A stretch of DNA of 64,000 nucleotides from Anthoceros angustus (Eukaryota; Plantae; Anthocerotophyta). Shown piece after piece: positions 1 through 13,712 of this stretch (positions are counted from its first letter, which is position 1; each line of letters starts with the position of its first letter). The stretch lies in the NCBI GenBank assembly GCA_010909165.1, contig MU008166.1, forward strand, positions 1,178,001 through 1,242,000. The letters are read 5' to 3'. The notes below the pieces were generated by a model. That model did no database searches. It was not told the DNA's origin and saw only the letters and a program-made list of their open reading frames with translations. Made by a program: the position numbers and the translations under genes.

Positions 1-1276
1 CGGTGTCTAGACTTACTTGGATCGGTACCCCCAAACCCCAGGTGCTCCCCAAACACAGACCTTAAACCAACATTGCTTACATTTCATCAAGAGTGCCTCT
101 TATACCCAAGATCATTAAAGTAGCTTGGCTTGCCAAAAATAATCGGTCTTAGCCTACCAATCCTAGAGGCCTATCTTAATTACATCCACTATGAGAGGAT
201 AAGATTCTGATCTATAACACATGGGCCTTTAGCTATTTAGGCCACTTACCCTATTACCTCTCACAGGCCTCCTAGGCCCCATGTTCTCCTCTTGCTCTCC
301 TCCCTCTTGGCTGGTTGGGCAATCTCTCCCATAAAATCTCCACCTCCTCAGCTGGACTCCTCTCTCTCTTGTGCTGCCCGTATGCAGTACTCCTCCTCGG
401 TGAGCTCTTGAATCTGGATGGGTGGGTGAGTTCTCCTCCAAGAGTCCAACCCATAGGTAGGATCCAGTGCCCGTCAAGGCATGGATCAAGTACCTCCATG
501 TTCCCCACTGTTACTTCCGTTGGGTATTTCCTGATTTTAAATAGGTTTCCGAATTTATCGGAAAATAACTCCGACTTGGTTGCTACCATAGCAGCTCCGT
601 CGGTTGTTGTCATAACGGTCTGCATCAACTAACAGCAGCGTTATGGCAACTGGTAACCCTCAGGGTTCTGTCGGGATCGAGGACTAGACTCTCTTATCCT
701 ACTAGGCTCTAGTAGACTTTTCTTATTTCCTAACCTACTTCACATTCCAACTCACACGATTCACAACTTAACACAAAACAACAAAAAAAAAACTCCTTTT
801 CGAGGGGTCCGAGTACCCAGTGGTCACCACATGCTAGTCGATGCCATGAAGATTTGCCGATCCGCTGCAACAAGTACAAGCATCTCAACACCGCTTACCC
901 AAACAAGCCGAGGTGGGGTCAACCAGCAAGTGCAGCAGAGAAGGGACCCGTTTTCAAGATCCTACCGTAAAGAGGACAAAAGAAATATCATGAGAAACAT
1001 ACTTCACATGCCTTTCTTGAACACGGATCCGGAGCCCGCCCCCATCGAAAGGAGTTCATCACCGGCAAAGGAAAAAGGTCGAGACCACACGCACCCTCTT
1101 GGTTGCTCTAACGCCAAGGTGGCCATTCGGTGAAGACGGAGGAAGTGGTTTAGAAACGAAAAATGGTTAATGCTTTCCCACAACAAATTGTGCCATGGTT
1201 TATGAGTGGATCTGCTGAAACCTTTGGATAATGTTAGTCAAGTTGTTAGTAGGGTCTCAATTGTGTGGTACCCAGT

Positions 1277-1553
1277 CTGGTAGACTCGGAGCCGGCCACC
1301 ATTATATCTCTCGGTGGCGAGGGTTGCGGTCGGGGACAGCACGTGTCTGGGCACCACTCCAAGTGACATGCAGTGGAAGGATGTCTTGAGGCAAGAGTTA
1401 CCTTCGGTGGCTATCTTTGAAGTCTTGCTCACTGTGATGCCGACGCTCTGCCATGACTTGATAATCGGCAAACCCTGGCTCGCCAAACAGTGCAACAAGT
1501 TGGAGCTAGATTGGGCACGAAACATAGTTAGATTGGGGTGTGGGCACGGTTAG
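1277..1553 (+). pseudogene. Retropepsin (aspartic protease) relic of an LTR retrotransposon
   Basis: ctg gta gac tcg ga gcc at 1277 gives LVDSGA once one G is restored in the homopolymer. The downstream ORF 1314-1553 has the typical C-terminal motif HDLIIGKPWL. Confidence 0.65.
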
Positions 1554-1754
1554 GTATACCACATTTTGTGACATATGCAAATGTGCACTATGTGCTGCAT
1601 ATATGGCGAGTTTCGGTTATCCAATATTTATATAGTTTGAAGTTAAGTCAAATTTGGAGCGTGAACATGTCATGCTTGAACTTGGGAGGAAAGTACCGGC
1701 TCGGGCGTGAAGGTGTGGCGGTTTGAGCTCTCGGGGAGCTCGAGGCGCGCCACC

Positions 1755-3150
1755 ATCGCCATTTGGAGTGTTCGGGAGGAAGGAGGAGGGTGCCCACTCA
1801 TCCACAATGAGGTCCCCACGGTTTAGAGGCAGCGGTCGGAAGGAGATCGGGCCAGCGCCGGGAGGACAGCCAACCGACCCAAGACAAGGGTCGGTGGGTA
1901 GGGATGAGGGCCTAGCAGTAAGAGGTCCGCAGATAAGGGGTCCGGAGCTTGGGGACGGACCCCGGTAATAAGTTCGGACCCTGAGGTCCGAACCCCAGAT
2001 GAGACCGGACCCGGCAGACCGGACTCAGGAAATAAGGCAGACTCCCGAAGTTCAGACTCGGAGTCGAGACCGGACCCCAAGGTCCGGACTCAGGAAGCAA
2101 GGAGGAGTCCCTCCCGACTTACCGGGGAGCCGCGGTGGTCTCTACCGGGAGGGACCCACCGGGGCCGGGGAAGACGTTGTGGTAACGGGCGGTCGCCGAC
2201 CGCCGCAGAGCCCAACCCGACAGATTCCGGAAGAGGAAGGGGTCGCCCGCGGATCATCCGTGCGCCGCAACTGCCGTGACGGGAGATTGACCACCAATAC
2301 CAAGACGGAACCGTGACCTTCCTGTGCCCACCGCCACGAAGGAGATAGGAGGAGGAATAGGATGGTAGGCGGCCGATTAGCGAGGCTGGCCACCGCCTGC
2401 ATTAGGTGTAATAAAGACGCCGACTTGGGCGTAGTATAAGAGGGCCGAGGGCTCGAATAAATCATCTTCTCTTGGTGTTGATGCTGCTGCTTGCACCTGT
2501 GTGTCTTCATGCTAACGTGAGTCCCGAGTCATCGAAAGGTGCACGATGCCCCGGAGAGATCGATCAAGGTCCCGTGACGACCCTAACGTGGTGGTGGTGT
2601 GTGGGGAGAGCGATCGGACCCGTGTTCGCCCAGCAGGCCCACGAGAGGACCGAACGTGAGCCGGAGGAACTCCGGAGGGTGTGCGAGCGACGGAGAGGCC
2701 CGCTTGAGCAACGGAGGAGGTCCGGATCGTGTAGCCACTTCATGCTCTTTCCAAGGTTGATGAGCGAGTGAGAGTGATGAGAGAACGGACTAAAGGAACG
2801 AGTGACGGCGGAACGCACGGACGCAAACGGGTCTCAAACGCCACACCGGGCCTGTCGTGAACGTGAGGAGTAGTTAGACGAAAACGACGATTGCGTGTGT
2901 TAAAGTTGAGCGGACGCAGTAAGGTGAGAATCGGTCGAAACGCTGCAAACGGAGCTTATCATTCTCTGAACGGACTCCTTACTAACGACATTATGCGGCG
3001 GTGGCCGTCGTCAAAGTCACACACACCGCAGCTTGACGCAATCGCCATTTGGAGTGTTCAGAGGAAGGAGGAGGTGCCCAACTCATCCACAATGAGGTCC
3101 CCACTTAGAGGCCAGCGCTGAAGGAGATCGGGCCACGGGAGGACAGCCAA
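1755..3150. repeat. Dispersed ~115-bp direct repeat (about 1755-1873 and 3041-3150) in decayed TE-like DNA
   Basis: Both copies read atcgccatttggagtgttc...ccacaatgaggtccccac...ggagatcgggcca...ggaggacagccaa. Confidence 0.8.
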
Positions 3151-4649
3151 GTTCGAGCCACCAATGCGAGGTAGGTCGCCCGAGCCGCAATTGCTGGGTT
3201 CGGGCTTGCGCTTGCCGCCATGACCCCTCGCCTCGACAACATTTGTGCCCACTGTAGGAAACGCCCACCTAGGAGCTCGGAAGCCAGGATGCGGACGGCC
3301 TCCAAGTATATGATTGCATGTTTGGAAAGTTTAGAGTGCGATTGGGTGAGGTGGTGATCGTCAAGTGCAAGGCCTCTTACGCCCAAGGTGGGAGGCACCT
3401 CTAAGCTCATGTCCCAAGACCCGGCTTGTGGAGCCCTCCCTCGAGCCTAGGCTGTGGTTTGGGGCCAAGACATGGGCCTCGTCTGCACGGCAAGAGCTGC
3501 GGATGGCGGAGGACAAGGGGCAGGCCATCGCGATGGGGACTTGGCATGCCCCAGCGATGCTTGGCATTTATCTGCGAGGCTGCTCGATTCTGTGGAGGCT
3601 GATAGTCACTCTCACGGACCTTACTAACCAACTGCTCGGCGGTGCTCGAGTGCTTTTCACGCGAGATGTGGATGGTGCCTTCTACAGTGCTTTCCATTTA
3701 ACCGCGGTGGTCCTTGATGTGGGTGTGCGGAGGAATTCATCTAAGGGCGTCCGGAGCTTGAAAGCGAGGCGAGATGTGGAAGACCACACTCGGGAGGGGC
3801 TCTGGGCACTCATCTGCAGTGGTGGAGGTGAGGTGGAAGCGACCTCACAGGTGCCCAAGCCAAGTGGCGAGATCCATGGAATCCAAAAGTAGGCGGCGGA
3901 AAAGCGGGCCGGAAGGAAGGAGCGCGGCGAGGCGCTTGGAGGAATATGGGCGAAAGAGCCCATGGCAAGATGGACATGGGCGGCGGATGGCGACTCCGTT
4001 GTCTTTGGGGTGGATGTCAAAGACTTGGGGCTCGCAAATGGACCGAGGAAATGTTGGGGAATGAGGAGGTGAGAAGCTTTTGGCCCCAGTTTAACGAGGG
4101 CATGGTTGGGGAACTGCTTGAAGAAGAATGGAGGAAATTGATGTTCTTGTTTATGGCATGTACGAGTTGAGGCCCGCTTGGGGAGAAGCGGATCCCTAGG
4201 CTTATGGCCCTTGGGATTGCGCTGGAGAAACTTCTTGGCGTTGAGGTGGAGAGGGTGTTTCACGAGAAGACCCAATCCGGAAGGAATAAAACGAGAAATA
4301 CGAGAGGAAAGCGGGCGGGCGGTGAAGGCTGCAGTCAAGGAAGAGCCCCTACTCATTGTAGGGAAGCCCACAGACATGAGCAGCAGCCACCTCATGGTAG
4401 GATGTGCTTGTTTTTATTTTGTCTCTCAAGGTTGTCTAACATGCAGTTCTTCATTCGCATGCAGTCGCTAAGTCCTCTAGACTACCTAGTATCCTCTAAG
4501 GAGCACCAGGATGGCCCTCCTTGTCGGTCAACCTTTTGACATAGTGTAGGCTCATGTGAAGTGCACCATGCACTTAACTCGAGACACGGTTGTTGAGCGA
4601 CATGTGCGCCCTAGTCATGTCTTGTTTGTTTCTCATCCTTGGTGTGTCC

Positions 4650-4935
4650 AATGTCGGTTTATCTGCTTGTTCCACACAAGGCCACTTTGCACGCAATTGT
4701 CCACTCACATGTGCGTTGCACCCTCATTTGCTATGTGTGTCTTCCACTTCCATGTGCCCAATGTCATTTTTCCTCATTTGTTCCACACTGTGCACAATGC
4801 CACTTTGCCTGCACTCGTCCACTCGCCACATGTGCGTTGCACCGGTCATTTACCTGGTCTGCTCTTCCACGTGCCCAAGGCCACTTTTCCGCATATTGGT
4901 TCTACTGGTGGCACAATGCCACTTTGCATGCAATA
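4650..4935 (+). pseudogene. Degenerate zinc-knuckle-like repeat array (Gag or nucleic-acid-binding relic)
   Basis: ACSTQGHFARNCP plus related units AQCHFSSF, AQCHFACT, AQGHFSAY and AQCHFACN in shifting frames; recurring DNA word gccacttt. Confidence 0.4.
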
Positions 4936-6339
4936 ATGTTCCTTTGGAAGGGTGGATGGGTAAACGGTGATGATCGGTGAGGCGACGAAGGAAGAGCAAG
5001 GTGGCTACCATCCTCGGCCACACGATCCGTATCGGGGGGTTGGCGGATGTGAATACAACTTGACAAGGTGGATGCCACTGCAAAGGAGGTGAAGCAAGCA
5101 TTGGCGGTGAAAAGCGAGACTTGGGAGGTGGCGTTCGACATCCATAAGTGTTCTCAAGAAATGGAGATGGTGCGGAAGAGCATTGGAGGCGAGACTTTTG
5201 AGGACATTCAAGGGCACATATCCCTAATCGGCCACCTTCGGGCCCCTTCAAGCCTTGTACACTCGGAGAAAAGCACATGCCCTTGGGTTGAGGAGTAGCG
5301 GACGGAGGGCCCCGCATGAGCTTGCGTTGTCGGCCGAAGGCGGATGTTCAACATCCTCAAGTCTCTTGCAGCATTCATGGATGTTGAAGTGGAAGGGAGG
5401 CTGGTCGCACCAACTTCCTTCCAGGCCATTGAGACGGCCGGGCCAACAATTCTTGTGAATGCTTGCCCTATATGCGAGGTATTTTTGTCTTGTCGGATCT
5501 GTTTTCTTAGCGGTGTCCACCTTGTTTCTCATTGAGTGCGTGTCATTGCGGTGGTTTGGCAATGAGTGTTTCTCGTCGGGCATATGTACCATGAATTTTG
5601 CCTTTTTCCCATTTGCGAGACCAACAAGACATGTGCCTGGAAGATCGGCATGGATGTGGACACTCGGTGGTATGTCGCAAAGGTTGGGACCTTCCGCAGG
5701 AAAGACGAGTGGTGATGCTCAAAGTGGAAATCGAGTACCTTGAGTTGGTAAAGGATCCGGATGCATTGCTGTCCCGCCTTGAGAAGATCCGCCGTAGCCA
5801 CCGCCAGGACATGCAGCAGCATCTCCGGTGTGTGTAGAGGGTGTGTGCCGAGGAATAGGGTTCTCCTTTGCACTGTTGCTTTCCTCCAAAGTCTAATGCT
5901 ATCATCGCGTTTTCTCGACTTGCTATGAAAAGCCGTCGTGACAAGTGCGATCGCGTGTTCCCATTCACGGCCACTCTTGCCACCGGCGGCGGCTCTTACG
6001 GCTCGGTTTTGGCGTGCGGGTCGAGAAGAGGGGTGCTTGGACCCGCCCTCGGTGAAAAAACGGCTCCAATGCAAGGTCAATCGGTGTAGGCCTCGAGAAG
6101 GTTGCAACAATGGAATTGCTGCAGTTGATGACACCTGCCAGCGGATCAGGAAGACCCAGTGGCTGTGGAACGAGGTGCAGTGTGGGGGGAGGCAGATCAG
6201 GAGGTTCATGGAGGTGATGACGTGGTTGGCGGCTTAGTGGACGACATCCAATCCCAAGCACTTGATGACTTTTTACATGATGCAGAAGTTTTGGACAACT
6301 TTGCAACAACGCCCACACATGAGGAAGCGACGCCCAATG

Positions 6340-6785
6340 AGGAGGTGGAGAATGAGCCGCCTGAGGTGAAGAAGGCCACACCTGAGCGGGAAAAGGCCAC
6401 ACTTATAGTGGAGAATGCCACATTTGAGGTGGACAAGGACACACTTGAGGTGGACAGGGAGCTACCTGAGGTGAAGGCCACACAGGCGAAAAGTGCCACA
6501 CATGAGGTGGAGAATGACATAGCTCAGGTTGAGAAGGCCACACTAGAGGTGGACAAGGACACGCTTGAGGTGGACATGGAGGGGCATCAGGTAGAGAAGG
6601 CCACACCTGACTAGGGCCACACATGAGGTGGAGAATGACACACTTGAGGTTGAGAAGGCCCCACTTGAGGTGGACAGGGACACACCTGAGGTGGAGAATG
6701 AGGAAACATCTCATGAGGCGAAGGATGATGGACATGAAGTGGACAAGGACACATGTCAGGTGGAGCAGGCTGGGGTGGAGGTGTC
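6340..6785 (+). repeat. 21-bp coding minisatellite (acidic heptad, consensus about EVEKATL/EVDKDTL) inside broken ORF 6159-7008
   Basis: Repeated gaggtggagaa(g/t)gccacac / gaggtggacaaggacacactt units; ORFs 6159-6614 and 6628-7008 carry the same heptad. Confidence 0.85.
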
Positions 6786-9694
6786 GCCTGAATTGTTTGA
6801 GGTTGGAAATGTGAGTGGGGTGGGCACAGGTTTGGTGCAGCATGATAAAAGTGAGGCTGCTGAGGGGATGGGGACCCGCTCTGGGAGTAGAGGCACAAAG
6901 CGAAAGGCTCCAGAGACGACCAAACCAAAGCATTCATCAAGACCGAAGACTAGTCACTTGTCCCCGGGAGTGCGAGAGTTGGAGCACAGACAACTATATG
7001 GTATATGAGCGGGCAATGCAGAACGTTAAATTCTACCTCCTCGGTGTGTCGAGGTGTTCGCTCGAGGCCATGAAGACAAGTTTTGGAAGGGTCGCCCAAT
7101 TCGCAAAGGCCGAGGTTGTTGAAGGTAATTATTATGTGGAAGTAGGGCCCGGGCTATACCGACCGAACAAGGGAAGCTTGGGCAAGCTCTCTGCGTGCGG
7201 GCTGCGAAAAGTCGAGATCTTTGGGCGGGACTGGATCCCCACAACAAGAAGGACAAGCCCAATTGGGTAAGCCCTATCTTGTTAGAGGAAGCCCTAGAGG
7301 CACATGTCAAATCTGAGCAGGTGGCTAGACAACCGGACAATGGAGAGACTAGAAAAGACACCTTGACATACTTGATAGAATCTTTGGACAATTTTGAAGT
7401 GCTTCAATTGAGAAACAATAGCGCCTCCGCATGTACAGGAGAGCCTTCCTTCCAACACACACCACGCCTAAACACGCAAGAACAAACATGGGCCGAAATA
7501 ACGAACTTCTCCCAAACACTAGATGGCCCTTTTCTTGGTCCCTTCTTAGAGACTAGCTTGACTTCACTTGATTGTGTATCCTCGGCCTCATCCTCGTGGG
7601 CCACGCACGTGATCACGGCCTCGCTGGCCGTGGCGACCCCGACATCGATTCTTTCTTTGGATCTGCGGTTGCCGCATCACCACCAAATGACTACGCAAGT
7701 CTTCCGGACACTTGCCCGATGTAGAGCCATGAATGGTCTCCACCTACCATCTGCATCCGCCATCGCAAACACCGCCATCGCCGCAAACACCGCGCATCGC
7801 CGCCAGCAACACCGCGCCTACCATCGCGGCCACGCCGGCCACCGGTGACACACGACGCCGTGGCCATGACTCACTTGCATCAATCTTTGGCTCTTCCAAG
7901 GTCTTCCACGAGATGGGGTTTTAAAAGGCGCTTAAGTTGGGCATTGTCACCCGCAGGTCGCAAGTCAAGCAAAGTGCTCCAGATCCCAAGCGGTGGGCGG
8001 GTCATCACGTGTGAATATGGCCACATCTTGAGCAACGGACCATGGTATTTACAAGTTCGTCAAGGTCATTTCAATTTTGAGTTGCATATGTACAATTGAG
8101 GCCTTAGAGTCGACTACGAAAACACAAATGGGTTCTTTCCCTCCCTCACAAGCTCCTTAAAGGACTCGATCGTGTCCGAGTCAAACACATACACTAGTCG
8201 GCCTCCTTCCACGCGTTCCAAAAGTGGGAACTTGCAGGTCTCCACGTAGGATGAAAGAAGGGTGACCTCCATGACCTCATGATCCAAAGTGTACACACCA
8301 TCCGGCTCAACCCGGGGTAGTATTGGCCCACAACCACCTTATCCCAGGAGGAAATTTTGTCCGCTCAGGGCAGTGTGTGCTCCGTGGTCACATGCACTGC
8401 GTGCACTTTGCCAAATAAAAGTTGAACCTTCGGATGCTGCGCACCACAAAGTTGTCTCCAAGCTCCAAGAGGTGCAATTTCGAGACATCTTCACTAGCAA
8501 CACCATTAGCGGAGGATCAGGCCCATTTGACCAACCGCATGTAGCGACAATGGTGCGTGCTTGGCGGGTCGATTGACCAACGTCCTCCCTCGTCCTCGAA
8601 TGGCCAGATGCCATATGCATATAGCAGCATCTCACATGCTCCATGGTCAGTCCATGCACACGGCACAAAAACACGCAAGATGCCGCATCTTGAGCCGAGG
8701 TTGGTTGCATCCGAGTCACCATATATCTTGTGCATGCCTTTAGAACCGGATTGGTGCACACCCCACCGCTGTTGACTTTTCTTTCCCACCAACCATTTGC
8801 ACGCCTTTCTCCACCATTGCCTGCTCGCATATATGTAACATGAACTAGAATAGTAACTTGATCACTATGCTGCATTGATTGTATCTCATTAAAACTTGAA
8901 AAGCATAGTTCGAAAAGTCCATAACATAAACTATCACATCCTCGAAACCAATCAATGCACTTCCAAAACTCGTGGCTTGCCATCTTTGGGCGTAGTCATG
9001 AAATAAGTCAATTTATCCTTAAGAAATTCAATCATCGACGGATGGGTTTCCCATAAACTAGCTTTATTGACTTGAGGTTTTGTCCTCATTCACTCCCACC
9101 TTCATATTGAGCCAGCCATGCCCTCGGAAAAATGCTTGTGAAACCTCCTTGAATGGAGTTGGAAACTCCACAGCATTTACCAAGCAAACATTTTCGCCTA
9201 TGCCAGTCCTCATCTGGTGCTCTAGGGCATAAAATAGAGTGCACCATCTCTCGGACGGATGAAAAACATCTCCGAGGCGTGGCACTTGTCCCCTCCTGGG
9301 TTCCTCTCCACACACCCACGGTACACGTGCAGGTGCACCTTTTGAGCATCGTGATTCATCTCTTTCAAAATGCCATCTCGACATGGTACCACACATTTCT
9401 CTTGCGAGGGATTTGATGAAGAAGGGCTTGAGTTCTCGAATGCTCGTTGGCCAATCTTGATATCCATTCTCCTTTTGAAAGCGCAAAAACTCCGTCGCAT
9501 CACTCACACGAAATGCAGCTCGAACATCTCCTCTAAAAGCTGGGACACCAAGATGTGACCAAACAAAGTAGATAGAGTGGAGGCGGTCACAAAGGACACA
9601 GCCACATGAAGTGCCCCACTCACAAAGCGGTGAGCCTTGTATATCCTCGAGTGAACTAGCTACAACAAATGAACATTGCACGCAAATGATCGTA

Positions 9695-9965
9695 GCCATG
9701 GCAAGGAGCGGAGCCGGGCCAAATGATCGGGCAGGCAAATGGCGGGAGCAGGGAACGACCGAGCCGAGCAAATGAGAAGGAGCCAAAGCAAATGAGCAGT
9801 AGCCAGTGCAAATGACCTGGAGCTAGAGCAAATGACAAGGAGCCAGAGCAAATGACAAGGAGCTAGAGCAAATGACAAAGCGAGCAAATGACACAGGCGA
9901 GAAAATGAGCAATAGCAGGGCAAATGACCAGAGGCAAATGATCGGGGAGCAAATGACCGAGCAAG
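9695..9965. repeat. 20-bp minisatellite (agc(c/t)agagcaaatgacaagg)
   Basis: Period-20 alignment is visible at 9781-9880, with a degenerate gcaaatga core on both sides. Confidence 0.85.
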
Positions 9966-11811
9966 AGCAACAAGAGCCGAGCAAGCATGGCGCAAGCAAA
10001 GAGCGATGAAGCGGCGGCGAGCAGGAGAGGAAACTCGAACATGGAGTGGCGATGTAGCACCGCTACAAGCTATCACATATAGTGATGATCCCGGGGCTTC
10101 TGAAACAAGTTAAAGGGTTAGTGGCGTGTTCAATTGCAAGAATAGACTAGCTTTGCCGAGGCAGGAGGCGCTCACCACCAATGGTATGTGCCGATGGGAA
10201 GAAGAGAAATTGCGTGAACTGAATCACAGAGAGGTATCTAGGAAATGGATGATGTGCGGAAGACAAGAGGAGCCACCCCGCCTCGCATCCTTGGAGTTGG
10301 AGGAAGGCCTTGGACTCCCAAAATTGCAAAACAGCCTTAACCCCTTGGGGCAAACAATCGAACGAGCCTTCCGTCCACCCACAGCGCCTCCTCGGTGCAC
10401 TTTGCAAATCGCCGCGGGTTTGAAGATGGCGTGCCACAACTACTCTTGACCCCAAGGACTCGGCCAAGCTCCATTTTGCCACGTCGTCGTAGTTAGCACA
10501 ATATTCATAAAGGTTTGTCTTGCCTTCAAGTGATCGACGCTTGTACACTCCAGCTTTTCATGGCGCCCGATGTTTGAAGCGAGGGATGTGGCTCGAGCCT
10601 TCACCCTCTGACAGCGGGGAAGAATTCCTTGAGGCCACGAGCTGGAAAAAGCATCTAACACCTTAGCCTTGCTATCAGAATTGAAGTGGGCAGTTCTACA
10701 TCTGAAAACGTAGCCAAGTTCTCGAGCAATACGCCCACATTGTGCATCACAGCGGCCCCATCGCTGACCTGGGTGAGATCCCGCCCCCCTTTGCCATGCA
10801 CGGAACCGCCTTGACCGCTCTGTGGATGAAAGAGGACCTGGTGCTGTTTGCCCTCGTAGACTAGTTCCCTCCTCACTCATTGAGGGTTCTTCAGATCCTG
10901 GAGAAGCTGCCTCACACCCACCCTCTGCCGTATGATTATCACCGTGACAATCCTCCTCCATGCGAAGGACTGCTCCTGCCTCTTGCCTAACATCCGCTAC
11001 GCACAAAGATGCTCCATCTTCCACACGCAAAGATGCAACTCGAATTTGCTTTTCCCTCCACCACGCTTCAGTGCGTGTTTTGCTCTCCTAAGTGCACCCG
11101 AGGGAGGCTGCTGAGCCATTCAATTCCCTTGCCTGCTCGGACGGGCTCCCCTTCCTCTCCTCCTCCAGCTCACAGTCACGGGCACATGGTTCACACACGG
11201 CGCCTCAAGCCAAAAAGTGAAAGGTCTCGCAGATGGCGTGTTATGCTCTCATGACAATGTCTTTGCACCAACATTGTACCATCTTTTGAAAATCCGCTTC
11301 GACAAAACTTTAAAATACAAACAAGTTTACACTTTGTTTATGACCATGCTTCACTTTCAGTGTTCCATGTTCACTTGACGACTGCTCTTGAAATTCGCGC
11401 CATGATACAACTTTGAAATTCCCGCTTATTCCAAACTTTGAAATTTGAACAAGTTCCAACTTCGGTGTGACAAAGACTCACTTTTAGTGTTCTGTGTTCA
11501 CTTGACCGTTTGCGTTTGAAATTCAAATGCGCTTGGGTTGTGTGTCTTGTGCTCACTTTTTGTATCCAAAGTTCACTTGTCCATCCATGATCAAATAATT
11601 AAATATCAAATGCACAAATCATATCCTTAAACTTTGGGCATTTTACTGTGGACTTGTTGCCATGCTCTTAGTTTTGGAACAAAAACTTGAATCACTTCGA
11701 TCATTATTCTAGCGAGAAGAGTTTTTGCAAGGTAAATTTGTCCACATGTGGACATATTTACACGTTGCGTCCATCCCCACATAATGTGGTCTACCTAACC
11801 GTGCTTGGACC

Positions 11812-11915
11812 TCCTTCCTCTTCTTCCTCTTCTTCCTCTTCTTCCTCTTCTTCCTCTTCTTCCTCTTCTTCCTCTTCTTCCTCTTCTTCCTCTTCTTCCT
11901 CTTCTTCCTCTTCTT
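11812..11915. repeat. (TCTTCTTCC)n microsatellite, about 11 units
   Basis: Direct reading of the sequence. Confidence 0.97.
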
Positions 11916-12712
11916 ATAGGTTATTAATTATATTTAGAAAACTATGAAACGTTTTAACCTCTAGCTATTGTATGTATACATGTTTAGTATAGTGATTATT
12001 TTTCACTAGCATAGTAAATAAAATTTATCTATTTATTTATTTATGTATGCTATTCTTTGCAACAACAAAGAAACATACAACCATATTACATACACATCAT
12101 GCCCTTCTTGTTTCCACCCTTAAATTTGCATACAGCTAAATTGTGCTAACATGAAGTCTTGCGATCTGCAATCTCGCATCACTTGACCATGGTACACATC
12201 TAGCTCCGCATCCAAGACCTCTACACTTATGACTATGGCAGAATGTCGTTGGCTACCTCCTCTTCCTATAACATGTGCCGCCACACTCCCATTTGGGGGT
12301 CTTTGGTTTGCCGCTTGTATTATCATTCGCATATCAATTGCCTCAATGGTCATTGGTTTGCCATCAAGATCAAGTGGTTGTTTGGCTTAGTGGTTCGTGA
12401 GCTTTACTGCGATGAGAGAACCACAATAGCAGTTAGGGTTGCAACAAAGTCGAGCTCAGTATCACAAAGTTAGAGACTTCAACTTAAAGCGTGAGATAAG
12501 ATCGGATAACAAAATCCAAAATTAAAATTGAAGTTCAAAACCGCCCAATCATATATGACAAGCTAGGGCACAATTAACACTAAATATGCACAAGTTCCAC
12601 TAAGCACTTAAGCGTCTAACCTGGCACACCAAAGTGTCTAGTTACAAACCTTGGAGGTTAAGTAGGGTCGATTCGTCTTGCTACATTGTTGTAAGTGTGT
12701 CAACACCTCCGG

Positions 12713-13380
12713 TGTCGCAGTAAGCACTTGAATTCATATAAGCACTTCCCGACCAACAACCAAGCAAACAAATCTTATACACGTATATATAGTGATAACA
12801 ACGAGGGAGTAGCTCGCGTCGTGGCACAAACACACTCTCCCACGAGAACAACACGCAAATTCCTCATCGCTCTCGGAGTCATAGCTTTGGCCTCCCACCC
12901 TTGCATTGCATATCTAGAGGACAAGCTATGATCTTCTCAATGGAGGTCTATATATACTAGACCACAGCATTACATATTCCTAAGATATCCTATTGGCATG
13001 CATATGCGGAAATATCCTAAGAATACACTATAATATGCAAGGAATATGCCAAAGCATTCTTGAGCTTATCCACTTAGCTATTGTATCCCAAGAATACACT
13101 ATAATATAGGAATATGCCAAAGCATATTGTGAGCTTATCCACTTAGCTTGTATCCTAAGAATACACTATAATATGCAAGGAATATGCCAAAGCATATTAC
13201 TTGAGCTTATCCACTTAGATATTGCTAATCATGTTTAATTAACACTAATCAATGCTTAATTAACATAAGCACATTAGATTAATTAACACTAATTACTTAC
13301 TTAAAGATAAGTAGTTAGATTAATTAATGCTAATCAAACACTAAACCCAATTGCAAAGATTAGTATCACACGGCATGACA
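12713..13380 (-). mobile_element. Solo-LTR-like insertion (TGTC...GACA) containing three ~70-bp tandem units
   Basis: The empty site cacctccggagcctcgcc is present in the paralog at ~27740. Termini are TGTC/GACA. Units tatcctaagaatacactataatatgcaaggaatatgcc... lie at 13013-13220. Strand is inferred from typical LTR composition. Confidence 0.7.
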
Positions 13381-13464
13381 GGAGCCTCGCCTCGAGAACC
13401 TCTCGTCCTTGGCAACAGGTGCATCCCGCATTGGATGACGAGCACCGCCGCGCCTTGCTTTCTT

Positions 13465-13712
13465 TTTATTGAGCTTGATCAAGTCATCAAGACTCAATTT
13501 GCCTTCCTTAGCAGCAGCGGTTCCATACATATGGTGGCCTTGCAGGTCCCTTACCTTAAGCTTGATCAAGTCATGCTTATTCTTTTATTGAGCTTGATCA
13601 AGTCATCAAGACTCAATTTGCCTTCCTTAGCGGTTTCATGCATATGGTGTGATGCCATGCCTTAAGCAGTCAAGTCATCCACATTCTTTTGTTGAGCTTA
13701 ATCAAGTCATCA
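13465..13712. repeat. Array of the quasi-palindromic motif (g/a)agcttgatcaagtcat (5 copies; also at 16219-16446, 27828-27967 and inverted at 29555 and 31045)
   Basis: Direct reading; the core ttgatcaa is palindromic. Confidence 0.85.

Noticed and set aside
1-835. Possible minus-strand LTR start (TGTTATAG at ~219) and PBS-like TGGTGACCACTGGG (~815-828)
   Set aside because: No matching second LTR or adjacent polypurine tract is visible in the window.
8339-9200. Ulp1/C48 protease-like motifs (HEFW...DSL, QDAASCVFLC)
   Set aside because: The motifs are incomplete (no CG, spacing off), so the call cannot be supported without a profile search.
13465-13712. Palindromic repeats with spacers resembling CRISPR
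   Set aside because: Spacer lengths are irregular and the spacers are themselves duplicated; more consistent with TE sub-repeats.
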